NCBI GenBank assembly: GCA_030704615.1
Contig: CM060731.1
Location: 40,858,001 to 40,922,000, forward strand
Direction: 5' to 3'
Length of the DNA stretch: 64,000 nt
Source: Takakia lepidozioides
Taxonomy: Eukaryota > Plantae > Bryophyta
Made by a program: the position numbers and the translations under genes. A model generated the notes under the pieces. The model was not told where the DNA came from. It saw only the letters and a program-made list of their open reading frames with translations, and ran no database searches. Below are positions 36,635-49,800 of this stretch, piece by piece; the first letter of the stretch is position 1; each line of letters opens with the position of its first letter.

Positions 36635-38367
36635 AGATCCAACTCATGGAAGGGCATAGAAACAAATCTACACTTGCTGATACGAGAGGCCATAGAGACA
36701 AATAACTAATAAACCGGGCAAACCATCTCGACAAAGATTCTACCTCCCACGAATCTACTGAAGGCGGAAATCCGAAATCCTCCTTCCAGTGGTGAGTATT
36801 GATTGCTTGTTTTCCGTTTGGATTGCTATTTCGCCCTGGAGTGCTTAGTCCGTTGATAATCCTCATGGTCGCTCACTGATGTGGGGACTAAACACTGGAA
36901 CGCAAATGTGTGGGCCACTTCAGGAAGAAGCATGACATTTTTTCTTAAAAAAATTATAAAGGGAAACACCTGGGAGCGACAGCTCATGAATCAGGCCCCC
37001 TTAAGTATAGTGAGAGGAAAAATAACCTCTTTCATAGTAACCTCGCTGTGAAGGCTTTAGCATGGGACACAGCCCAAGGGAACATACCACAGCCATCAAG
37101 GTAGCAGGATTTGACCCCAGAATCATCTGGGTGGCACTGAGTGCAGCACTATCCAACTGAACTACCAGCTGTTGGTAGCGTGACATATCATGATGTGGCC
37201 TCGATGATAGCATAAGGATCATAGTACCCAATTTGTACCTGTAGAAAATGTAGAACAGAGTATCTTGCTGAAACTTACTGATGATGGTTAAACCTCAAAT
37301 GTGTGTGCATTTCACCCTTCTGGGAAGCATTTGGTACTGGCTGCAAGTTTGAAGCGGTCCATGTGGATGAACCGTCCAAAAAGGGGTGTTTAGATAGTCG
37401 TGAAAAAGAAAGGTTTAATAATTGTAGGTGTTATCAATAGCAGATGCTTTTCTTGGAATTACTTTCGTGGATGGCAAAACAACCCATCTTACAATACCAC
37501 TTCATTCCTACCTGCGCATTGAAATGCATATGTATTTCCCACTCTCTCTGATTCCGTATGCACAAAATTTTCCGCTTTGTGGGCTGTAAACGGACCACAT
37601 TGCACAATTGGAGTTGACAATGGGGCCTTTTGTTGTCGATCGGCCAAAAAACATCCATTTGACAATTAGATCGGATCGGATCGATACAAAACAAAGAGAC
37701 AAAAAGAAATCAGTTACATAAGACAAGGTGTAGTTGTAATAAGAGCACCAGCACATAGGATCCACTGTTGGGAGCTGACAAAGTCAGTGTGTTGGGTGTT
37801 GTGAATCGTGATTCAGTTCATGTCTGACTACCTACCTACCCATCCTGGGTACCTCGTCTCTCTCCCTCACAGGGACCTTGTAAATTATTGGCATGCACTG
37901 CCATACCTTTTATAATTGATAGTGAGTCCCGGGCCACCTTTGCCCCAAAGAAATCCACAGAAATCATTTTTGGTGTCCTGTGTCCTGCCTCCCACCATTC
38001 CAACAACAAACACCCCTAAAACATGGATGGGTCTCAAGGAACAAAATACAAGGCACTCCCCAAGGTTACTTTTTCAAAGGGCTTGAAGGGAAAAAAAAAA
38101 AAAAAAAACAAGGAAGAAAAGAAGGTTGAAGACAGGAAGGACGGTAGGAAAAAGTGAAGATAGAGGGGGGGAGTGCAGAGTGGAGAGCAGGCTGTGGCTT
38201 TTGCTCTGGATCCTGCCTCTGCGCTGCTTGCCCCATTGCAGGGGCTAGGGAGCTCGCTTGGAGCAGGGCAGGAATAGCGTAGCAGCGTGGCAGGGGCAGA
38301 CATTGCCAAGTGCTGGTTGAAGCAGCAATCCTGTGTTTTGGGTAGTTTGTGTCTGCTGAAGGGGTGC

Positions 38368-38370
<3 letters not shown>

Positions 38371-38412
<42 letters not shown>
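38371..38412. repeat. (AG)21 microsatellite in the SCAB 5' region (possible GAGA/BPC element)
   Basis: Perfect AG dinucleotide run. Confidence 0.9.
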
Positions 38413-38417
<5 letters not shown>

Positions 38418-38847
38418 GCTTGGAGAGCAGGCGGGAGGAGGAGGAGGCATGGATTTGTGAGGAACAAGTGTGAAGAGCAGGGCGCATTGCACTGGAGTGT
38501 TGGTTATGGCACTGATCTGTGCTGCGATGGGAGGAATCGAGTGGTAGTGTGCTTGCTTTGTGGAGCTTCTGGATTTGGTGTGATTCTACGCAGGCTGCCA
38601 CTAGTACCTCCTGTTCGTCTTCCAGACTGGTCAAGTGGTGAAGGTTGTTGTTTTTTTGGAGGACCTGGCTAGTTTGTTTCCGATTTTTTTTTTCTGCCAG
38701 TGCAGAAAAAAATCAGACCGAGGATCAATTGAGCAGACATGATAATCTGCAGAGGCGTGTTCAGAATGTGATCACAAGGCATGGGGACATAGATGGTGTG
38801 CAAATCGTTGGCTTTTCAAGGGAGTGAGAGAAGGAATCAACAGCGCA

Positions 38848-41800
38848 ATGAAAGGCGTGACAGCCGATGTCACTCTCAAGAGCGGTCGCTTCTCAAATGA
38901 GGATGAGGCGAGTGAAGAGTCGCCCTCGAAAATCTTGGTGGCCAAAGAGACAGCTCAGTTACGGGCCCTCCATAAACGCCTCTCTGTGCGCGATCTGGCC
39001 ACCCAGTTTGAAACTGGCCAAGCTGCCGCACTGCAAGCTGCTGCTAAACTCGCCGAGGAGGTACGTGAACTTTTCCTTTCCCCTGCTCCTTTGTGACTAG
39101 CGGTAGTGCTTTTGGAAACCTGGAGACTTGGATAATTCCGGATAGGCGGATTGTTGCCGGAACGCTTGCGGAGCGCTTGGGGGTTCTGCTTATGATGGCA
39201 ACATCGCCCCAACTGCAACGTTTTGTAACACTGGCCAATTACACACCCATTCTTTGGCGGGAGACATTGGCCTAAGGAGCATCAGGTCCATTCAAAGTGC
39301 GATTTTCATGTCTGCAATTTCTAGTATGTTCATGTGGTTGCTGTAGCTTGGATCAATGGCTCTTTCATGGAATTATATGTAGCCAGGTGCACGAGCTGCT
39401 TGCATGGTTTCCCTTCCTGGATTCTGTCTTTCACGAGGGTTGAATGTAAGAGCTGTGGGCCAATGCAGAAGGCCACTCCCCCTCAGGCAACTAAACGCCG
39501 GTCCCATTGCACGCATGCACACCATGCACACCATGCACACCATGGACACCATGCACACCCGGCACCGGCCTCCAAGGGGCCTGGGGATGGCCCCCCTGCC
39601 TTGCGAAGCTCTCTCAGGCGCACCAGTGGGAACCTGCGGGAATGTGAAAGGGTAAACCCACTCTGACCACTGAGTGGCACTGGCATCCTGACAGTGCCGT
39701 AGACCATCGCAGTATTTACAAGGGGCCGTTGCTGCAATGCAATTAATGGCCCATCAGTGCCTGCAAGGGATTTAGGTGACTGGATGTTCGTCCCTCTAGG
39801 GAGGGGGGTTGGTCATTTCACTGGCACTATATGGATTATAGTTCCATCCCTCTCACAATCATGGAGGAATGTTCTGGATGGGGTGCTTAAGTAAATTTAG
39901 TTTTGATATATGTGGAGTATGCCGAATTCTCCCGTCTGCAAGTGGTCTTCATTGGAGCCCAAGTGTTGGGCTGGTATGCACGAGAAGGGTAGATCCTATT
40001 ACAGCGCAACCTGATTTGTGCATGGTAAGTGTAGAGAGCTGTAGTGTTTTGGAATTGGTGAGTGGAGGGTGAGGAGGGAAAGCTGGGTGGGTGTGCAGAA
40101 TAAGGTGAAGGAGGTGGTGCTCCTGGACAGACCGGCATTGCTGAAGAAGCTGCGAGCTCTGCTGGGCGAGCTTGCAGGACGCGTGGCTGGGAGAAACAAG
40201 GATGATGTCACAGAGGCTCTCGCAACTGTACCCCCCTCCCACTTGCTCTCGTCTTGCTGCGGTGGTCGAGTCCAGAGGGGCTTCTTGCGTCTTCTCTTGT
40301 AGACTCACCACGTCCCCTCTGGCTTGTTCCTCTAGGTTAGGCTTGCACTTGGTGTGACTATCCCTATTAGCAATGAGCACCTTCCTTGAGGGTGGTAGGA
40401 TAACCACAATCATGGGCAGAATGCAAAAGTTGTACTACTTTTGGTCCTCCCCTCAAATTTGTCCTCTCGAGTAAGTTGCTTGTGGACTTTTTTTTTCATA
40501 CATTTGCCTCAGTCCGTTCTCCTCTTGTGAGATGTAGTAGCAAGGGCAGTAAGTAGATGATAATCAGAAACTGGTTGAGTGGAATGGCAGGTTGAGGTGA
40601 TGGATGTGCAATTGACACAAAAAGAAAATGAGTTAGCTCAGGAGAAGGCGGATGTCAGAAAGATGGCTTCTCTTTTCAAGCAGGTGCTTGCTTGCCTGTC
40701 TCCCTCATATTTCTGCTCAGGGGTCTTGGTTCATCGTTTGTGCTGCAAGTGGAGATGGTGAACGGTCTATATGGCCTTTGAAGCTGGGTTGTCAGCTTGG
40801 TGGCTCTCTAAGGAGCTTGACTGGCTTCTCTTTCGAGCATTAAGTTTATTGCCATCTGCTTTCAGCACATCACCTACGGCTGAACTGGAAAACAATCTCA
40901 CCAAGAGAACTCTAGGATACCTCTCCTCCTGAAAGTTAGCTACCATGTAGCTCAAACTTTCCGAGTTACCTTCAATGTATGTGTTAAGACTGGGTATATG
41001 GTGGCCATGGCAATGGGCAGGCCTCAGATGATGCAAGGAGAATGGTGGAGGAAGCACGGGCATTAGCACAAGCTGAAATTGAGACTGCACGTGCTTCTGC
41101 TGAGCGCGTGGAAGCTGCCCTTGAGGAGCAGGCCCATGTTTTGGGCATAGCTGAACAAGAGGTGTGTTGATTGACTCATGCAGGTTGACAAATCCCTGTG
41201 TCTCTTGAGGCTGGTGCTTTGAACAGCCTGGAAGCATCAGTTTTGAAGCTGGTAGCAGTTTTATGTGCTCTTCAACCCCAGTACGTAGACTTGAACAATC
41301 TAAATCGGAGAATTCTGTTGTGCCTGCTGTTTCCGCAAGAATGGACAGTTGTATACATCACAAGTTATGACAGACAGTAACTTCAATTACTTGTCTTTGT
41401 AGTGGATGCGTTGTGGTGGACAGTAAGGCCAGAGTGCTGGACAGATTGCATGAGTGCTATGTTTAACTTGCAAAAACATCACCACTAAAGTCTCTAGGGT
41501 GGGCTTTTCTGTGCTGACGGATGCAGGAGCTTGAGGAGATGAGGAAAGAGGTCACAGAAGCCCGGAGAATAAAAATGCTTCATGAACCTAGCAAGGTGCA
41601 TACCTGTGAAGGCTGCCCTTGTTGGTCTGTTGATGGGATCTGACTCCTGCACACCTCAAGTAACCTGCATCGGTTCAGGATTCACACAATCTTGTTTTCT
41701 GAATCTTCCAGTCATGGCCTCCTCGCAGCTTGCCATGCTAAAAAATGAAAAGAAATTTTGCGTTGTCGAGAGATGGAAATTGTGATTTGGGCTCATAAAG

Positions 41801-44800
41801 TGGATACTTGGCATAGAAAATTGCCTTGTGTATAGTTAGTCGTCTATTTGCGGCAATGCTGTTAACACCTAAGATTCTTGTGCATACTTCAGCAACTGAA
41901 GTGGTGGATGACATGGCAGGCAATGGATATGGAGTTTGAGATTCAAGGATTAAGGCAGCAGCTAACTGAGAAGGCTGTTGAGGTTATTTTTCTACGCAAA
42001 GAGGTATGCCTTGAATGGTTACGAGCGTGCTTCTTTCATTCCAAGGCTTTTTCCACTGTAGGTTTCTGGTTTGGACTTCCACACTGCCTTTGATTTTGCT
42101 GGTGTAACAATGGGTACCCTGGGTAGTACTGGCACTTTTCAGTGCGTTTTAGAAGCTTTGCTTGATGGCTTGCTTATGGAAGTATACCTATGCTGTATGG
42201 GAAGTCAAACGTGCACTCTTTTTCAAAACTAACAGTGTCCTTCTCATTCATCACAGTTGGGGGCTGCAAGACGGCAAGGGCAGCCGGCAGCACAGTATGA
42301 GGTACAAGGAGAGGAGCGCCTGGGTGCCTCTCTGATCATAACTGCTCTTACCGAAAGTGCTCCTGACCTCTCTCAATGCACCATCCAGTGGCATCGTATG
42401 TCTGCCGATGGAAGCAGGGCAGCTCCCATTACAGGTGAGCTTATATGTTAACAAATTGGGCGATTTGAGTGGGCTTTTCAGCACTAAATGAGCGAATGAA
42501 CCTGTCTTTGGCCAAGTTTATGAGCCAATCAGTGCACCAACTGTCTTAGTAGGTTAGTGTGATGCGGTCAATGTAAGGACTGGATTAGCTTCTTGTGGAT
42601 GTGCCATATCGACCAGAAAATAATGTAATTTCAGAAGATGCAACTTCACCAATTCTGAGCATTCCTGTAAAGTTTAATGGTCTGAAGCTGGCCTGTCTAG
42701 GCATCACAAGTAGTCAGCAACACGAGTTTCTGATGCAGGGAGAGTAAAGTGGAGGCCAGTTTCTCATCTGCTATAAAGTCTATTCCATGTCACTTAACTT
42801 TTTGTGTATGCTCGAAATGGTACCAGGTGTGAATATGGCTGGTTGTGCTCTCCACGGAAGTTCATTGTTCTTGTTCTTTTAGAGAAGATCCCATGGGAGT
42901 GATGGGTTATGCAGGCAGATGACGATTCTTCAGTTGCATGAGGCATGAGGCTCAAATGGGGATTGGGGTGATTACATGCCTGAATATGAGAGTGGTTGGT
43001 TGTTTGCAGGTGCCACCAGGCCACAGTACGCACCCGAGCCCTTAGATATAGGCAGGGTGTTACGTGCAGACCTCACCCTGCCCAATGGCGGAAAGGAAGC
43101 TCTGTCGATATCAGGACCATTAGATGCTGGTAAGCTTTTGGCCATACAAAGAAAAGTGCTCACATCCCAAGGGTTATCTTCAGCAGCGATGTTAGTATCA
43201 CTCTTGCTGGGCACTACTCAGTGTTGCATCAATATGACTAGACTGCTCTTTTTTTTTAACTTTAGTGGATGTTGGTGATCTCTGTTCTTGCAGTTAGGCT
43301 TACACCATTTGACCAAGGAATTGCCTTCCTAAGTTTGTTTTCTCTTTCGTAAGTTTTTCTCGTCCACAAAGAGGTGGTGTGGACATATTGTGGGGCATGT
43401 TTTCAATCTGTTCGTGGAGAGTTGAAGGTCTAATGGGTGGGTTTTTCCTCACAATCATGTGAAAGGTTAATGGATGGCAAGTTGCTAATGCCTACTTTCG
43501 AGGCTTGAAATGTACAGAAAGAAAATCAAAGTAGCTTACTTCATTACATTGTATGGCCAATGTAGCACCGGGACTTGGCAACTATGTGGAGGCACTCGTG
43601 CGCAAAGGTGGTGCTGAATTCAGTGTGAGTGTTTCTCCGTCAAGATGGTTGTTTTGTCTGCATTTCAGACTGGAACATTTACTATGCACAACCTCTTGCA
43701 ATCACAAGTGCCAAGTTCTGTGGTATGCATGTGGTTCAATGTTTATTTTCATCCTTTAAAGGCTACGCTTTTCTATGGACCTCAATCTATTTCATCCATC
43801 AGACTACCTTCAATGTGTTTCGATATCATTTTTTTTTGTGGGAGGTGGTTCTCTTGGGATTGCCACATCTATTCTCGATCAGTAGTTTTCTCGGTGGGGG
43901 CTTGTGTGGGCTAAAACAATGGGGACGACAGCCAACCTTTGGGCAGGGTGACTAAGGTGAGGTTTGAAATTTGAGAATACAGGTGAAACTAGTTCAGCAA
44001 AATGGAGAGATTGTGGAGAAACCAGTGCTTCATGTGCTATTTGTGGATAGGACGCGTATCAAACTCTGCAAAGGCCGCACCACCAAGGCCAAAGAAACCT
44101 ATTCCTCCATGATTCAGGTTTGGTTCTTGCCCCTAGAAGATCCAAGTCTTTGGCTTGTCCTCAGCTCTTTCTGGACTGTTTTGCTAGTTTTCTGTCCGTC
44201 TTTTCTCTCTGTCATCCACAAATCTTGGAGACCAAGCACCTTACATCTGGTGAAATCTATGGCATCGCTGTCGCAGCACAAGATAGCAGTCACGAGTGCA
44301 TCCTCTCTCTGTGTCTCTGACATCAGAGATACCTGTTCCCAACTAATTGTCTGTACTAAGTCCCACTAGCGGAGTGAGCCCCTCACAAAGGTAGTGTCTG
44401 TTCCCTTTAGTTCCACCCAATCTGGGTGCGAGTCTATGGCCACAAGGCTATGGCAAACAATGTCTTATGAGTACATTCTGACTTCAGGATATTCTTTGCC
44501 GATTCTATTGTGAGATCAAAGGGAGATGCTACAGTGCGCTCATACCCGACAGAGGTATTCGTGATGAAGATCAGCATGCTTTGCTGCTCACATTCCTCAG
44601 AGGCTGTCTTATAGCAGTAATTTGGGCAAGTCTTCTAGTTGTTTCTTTGTACGGCATTGTCTCATAATCTCTTTAGGCTTCTTGTGGAAGTAATGAAGTC
44701 GCTTTAACTTGACCTTTAGGCAAAACAGTGTAGGAAATTGAGGTCAATATTAGTAAGGGAGGAAATGCTGGTTCAACGTGAACAAGAAGCCCGCCACAAA

Positions 44801-45621
44801 CTAGATTGAGCTCCATTACCTGAAGGTGTTCCCACCCTGGAAGTCTAAGTCCAAGTTAGGTTCCTACCTCTGGACAAAAGATTAACACAGCTTGGAAATA
44901 GATACTCCACGTGCCTCATCTATTGGCTCGGGATTGGCACTCATTCTGCCCTCTCTTCTTGTGAAAATATTTTTCAGGCACAAATGGGTTGTATGCCAGA
45001 TATATATGCAGATAGCTCACTTATTACAAAATCCTTGAGTTGTACAATGGGTAGGAATGAGGGATGACCTTTTGTTGATGAGTGCTTTGGGGATTGGGAT
45101 GGCACATGCAGCTGTGTGGAGCACGAGGTGGAGGTCAGGCCGCCGCACGAGCCTTGTATTGGGTGGCAAATAAAGGCCTTACTTTCATGCTGGTGTTAGA
45201 ATCTGAAAGAGAGCGAAATGCTGCCATCATGCTGGCTAGACGATTTGCTGCCGACTGCAATGTAAGTTGTCTCAAATTTTTGGAGAGCTCCCAATGTGGA
45301 TGTGTAGATAGCACACTGTCAATTACAAGCAACCAGCTATGTGTACTGTATTTAGGAATGTGAGTCAGTGTCTAAGAAGTGATGGCTTTCACCTAGTGGT
45401 GCTGGACTTTGGGGACATTTGGGATTAGGGAACTTTTGAAGAGGGATAGCAAGTGTCTGCTCTTTCTGTCTTTGAAAGTTTGAGACTAATGTCAGCAGAC
45501 AAGTGCGCAGGGAAATCCTCCCAGATCAGTTATGTTAACCAGAGGTGTCATGCCACAGGTAATTTTGGGGGGCCCAGATGATGGATCGTCCCTTGGCACA
45601 ACATCTACAAGTGATCCATAG
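38848..45621 (+). CDS. SCAB1: Stomatal closure-related actin-binding protein (SCAB family): actin-binding domain, coiled coils, Ig/PH-like C-terminus
   Basis: Motifs HKRLSVRDLATQFE, LLKKLRALLGELAGRVAGRNKDDV, LTQKENELAQEKADVRKMASLFKQ, EARRIKMLHEPSK, MDMEFEIQGLRQQL, GATRPQYAPEPLDIGRVLRAD, APGLGNYVEALVRK, QLCGARGGGQAAARALYW and ESERERNAAIMLARRFAADCN. GT-AG exons; stop TAG at 45619-45621. The start codon could lie in an upstream exon. Confidence 0.92.
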
Positions 45622-46187
45622 GAAACAAGCTGGGGATGGTGGTCACATGAAAGCTGTTGTCCGAAGCAGCATGACCAAGGATTTTTGGTGCCAGTGTCCG
45701 TGGCGCCCATCTTTCAGCTTTTTAAAGAGAGTTTGACAATGTATTCCTGGAAATTCATCAGGTATCAGCATAACAGCAGGAGCAATCATTACACCCATTG
45801 ATAGCTCAGGTTCTCTATGATTTGTCATGGTTGTGATAACCAAATATCAATTGCAAAGTGTCAGAAAAGTTCATGTGTGGAAGTCCCACTTGAATGAGCA
45901 CAAGGCTATGAAACTCTGAATTCGGAGAACTCAATTCACTTATTTCATGTTGATATTTGTATAGGCTGACATTAGCTCTGCCGTTCATCATCTTCCCAAA
46001 GTGGTGCATTGGGCTGTGGTATACACATTTGAGAGGTTTCTCATGTTAGATCAAATAAGAATAGAGCAAATATTGTTGCTAGCTTGCAGGTCAAGGTGCA
46101 GAAAGCCATGATCATGTAATAAAAGTTTGTGCAGTTTTTTGGGGCAATCCACCTATTGGACTTCAGCATCTGTTGCTTTGATATATA

Positions 46188-46824
46188 CTAGGGTAGCCTG
46201 TGGCGTTGGCCCAAGTGTCCAGTGTCATCTAAGTCCAACTGCAATCCCCTATGTATCCAGAGACCATCCTATTTGGGAGATCTAGGCCTGTGCCGGTGGC
46301 CCATGTATGAAGAATTGAAATCTAAGCCCAAGTGCAATCTCCTATGTATCCAAGTGCTTCTCCCATGTAGAGGCCCAAGTGCGACCTCCGGTGTCCAATG
46401 TCATCTAAGTCCAAAGTGCAATCCCCTATGCATCCAGATCCTGCAGTTTTGGAGATGTCCATGTCATTGTTCCAACAAAGCCCACTTTGCTATTTTTGCA
46501 ATCTCCCCTGTCGAGGCTTCATATATTTATATCCACTTTGCTATTTTTCGCAAATTTTTCAGTGACCAAAAGTACTTGAAATTCCAAATCTCTCACATGA
46601 AGGGCCAACCATTGCTCCAGGAAAGCCCACTTAGCTGTTTTTCCCAAATTTTCAGCGGCCCAAAGCACTTGAAATTCGACATATCTCAACCGCAGGTCCA
46701 AAATTATGAGACCAAGCCTGTGCACCCCTCATCATCAAGGGCACCAAGCACCAGCGTCGGGCCCGCGGACATTACAAAACAAAACAAAACAAAACAAAAC
46801 AAATTGGCCTGCTTCATATACTGA
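46188..46824 (-). mobile_element. Putative non-autonomous Helitron with internal short repeats; a second copy's 3' end abuts it at 46825
   Basis: On the minus strand the 5' end reads TCAGTATATGAAGC with (GTTTT)n, and the 3' end reads ...GGCTACCCTAG|T. The repeated unit ATCTAAGYCCAAGTGCAATCYCCTATGTATCCA continues to about 47035. Confidence 0.45.
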
Positions 46825-49800
46825 TTAGGGTAGCCTCTACTGTTGCCTATGTGTGAAGAATTGAAATCTAAGACCAAGTGCAATTTCGTATGTATCCATC
46901 TCCCATGTAGAGGCCCAAGTGTCCAATGTCATCTAAGCCCAAGTGATCTCATATGTATCCAACGGCATCTCCCATGTGCGTCTCCTATGTCGAGGCCCAT
47001 CTAAGCCCGGTGTGCAATCTCCTATGTATCCAAGTACGCCTCCCCTGGCAAGACCCAATTTATTTTTTTCCATGAATTTTTGCCTCTCATTTTTGAATAA
47101 TTGGGTCTTTAAGTCTCATGTGGACAGACAACGGGCCCCGCCCACGGACGAGGGGTGGTTTGGGGTGGCCCTGCCGCGACCCATGACCCGGCCATGGTCC
47201 GCGAGGTAAGGGTCTGCCCCGAGGGTCTGCCGCAAGATAGGGTCCACAGGCCTGACCCGAAGGTGGGTCCACCCTCTTAGGCCACATTGGGGCTGACTGC
47301 GGCTATTTGCTAGGTTAAGAGATAAAAAAAATTCTAGCGATGACCGAAGGTCGGAAGCTAGTTTAGCGTAGAGCAGGAATAGGGTGCCATAGTGCCACGT
47401 CATCGTAGCCAGGTCATCGTAGACACGTCATCGTCGTCGTCAATTTCTTTGGAACCTGCCCGAAAAGGGGAAGGGATGCCCCTGCGTGCTCAAGCGAGGA
47501 GGGGTTTCACGCAATGTGGTGAGGGCACCTTCTTCTTCGACCTATTTCAGCCTGTTTTGCCTCTCATCAGACTCGGCCCTGAGATGTCTGTTATCAGAGT
47601 CGTCCTAAATTTTGATGCTGAACTCTGCAAGTTAGCTCGTTGGTGGATCTATGGTGGTTTTGGAGTGATTTTGACATGTTACTGCCAATGTGGCAAAACG
47701 AAAGAATCGGAAAACAGATAACAGAGACGAGGAGAAGCTCTGGAATGCTTACCTCAACGATGACCGCAACGTCTGAAAGATGATCAAGAGAGGGAGTCCA
47801 CAGTGCCTCTTCTGGCACTTTTGCGCATGTGAAGTTGCTTTGTGAGGCAGCCTGAGATGCCTGTTATCAGAGTCATCCTAAATTTTGATGTTGAACTCTG
47901 CAAGTTAGCTCGTTGGTGGATCTATGGTGGTTTTGGAGTGATTTTGACATGTTACTGCCAATGTGGCAAAACGAAAGAATCGGAAAACAGATAACAGAGA
48001 CGAGGAGAAGCTCTGGAATGCTCACCTCAACGATGACCGCAACGTCTGAAAGATGATCAAGAGAGGGAGTCCACAGTGCCTCTTCTGGCACTTCTGTGAG
48101 CAGATGCAACGATAATTCAAAATTACATAAGTGCTTGTGAAGTTGCTTTGTGAGGCAGCCTGAGATGCCTGTTATCAGAGTCATCCTAAATTTTGATGTT
48201 GAACTCTGCAAGTTAGTTCGTTGGTGGATCTATGGTGGTTTTGGAGTGATTTTGACATGTTACTACCAATGTGGCAACAGGAAAGAATCAGAAAACAGAT
48301 AACAGAGACGAGGAGAAGCTCTGGAATGCTCACCTCAACGATGACCGCAGCTTCTAAAAGAGGATCAAGAGAGGGAGTCCACAATGCCTCTTCTGGTTCT
48401 GCACATGTGAAGATGCTTTGTGAGGCAGGCAGACTGACAGAGGCTCTACAGACTTTAAACCAAGGAGGCATTTCAGCAGATTCAGATACCTATGTCTATC
48501 TCTTGCTTAAGTGCATCAAGATGAAAGGTCTGGAAGCTGGAAAGCAGGTGCACACGCACATTATCCAAAGTGGATTCACGCCAAATGTTTTTCTACTCAA
48601 CACCCTTGTCAACATGTACGGTAAGGGTGGGAGCATCATGGATGCTCACCAAGCATTCAATAGAATGCCTCAACGATCTTTGATCACGTGGAATATAATG
48701 TTGGCAGGATTTACCAAGCATGGGTGTGGTAGGAATGCTTTTGAGACCTATGAGCAAATTCTGCGCGAATACCCTGCAAGCATCGCATTCCACGACACCA
48801 CATCTCGTTCAGCCATAGTGTTGAACACTCCCTTGGCATCCTCTCATCAGACTCGGCCCTGAGATGTATATTGAATTTTCAAGGACTGAATGTGGTGAGG
48901 GCACCTTCTTCAACCTATTTCAGCCTATTTTGCCCTCTCATCAGACTTGGCCCTGAGATGCATATTGAATTTTGTAAGTTAGGTCGTTGGGTAGATGGTC
49001 AACTGGAAACAGCAGCAGCAACCGCACAAATGATAGAACAAGGCACTACTAATGAAGGCACCTTCTTCAACACATTTCACCCTGTTTTTCCCTCTTGTCA
49101 GAATCGGCCCTAAATTTCCATGTTGAAGTCTGCAAGTTAGCTGGTTGAGTGAATCTGGTTTGGAGCGACTTTGACATGATACTGCCAATGTGATATTGTC
49201 AGCTGCTAGCAACAAGGGAAAAGATGAATGCATGATTGTGCAAAGGCATGGATAGCTGAAGGAGAAGGGATAGAGTGTGGGTGAGTGTGGGTCCAGATTC
49301 ATCCAAGACGGCCAGATTTCAAGCACTAAGATTACGTATGATTCCATGTGGATCAATAGCTGCATGCGTAGATGGTCAACTAGAGGCAGCAGCTGTAGCG
49401 GCACAGTTGATAAAATCAGGCACCTCAACCATGACCACAGCCTCTGGAAGAGGATCAAGAGAGGGAGTCCACAATGCCTCTTCTGGCACTTCTGGGCATG
49501 TGAAGATGCTTTGTGAGGCAGACTGACTGAAAGAGGCTCTACAGACTTTAAACCAAAGAGGCATTTTAGCAGATTCAGATATGTATGTCTGTCTTGCATA
49601 GGTGCATCATGATGAATGGCCTTGAAGCTGGAAAGCAGGTGCACACTCACATTATCCAAAGTGGATTCACGCCAAATGTTTTTCTACTCAACACCCTTGT
49701 CAACATGTATGTTAAGTGCGGGAGCATCATGGTTGATCATCAAGTGTTCAACAGAATGCCTCAATGATCTTTGATCACATGGAATATAATGTTGGCAGGA

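Noticed and set aside
40225-40590. Possible U12-type intron in SCAB (weak donor GTACCCCC)
   Set aside because: The donor does not match GTATCCTT and no TCCTTAAC branch site is seen near the acceptor.
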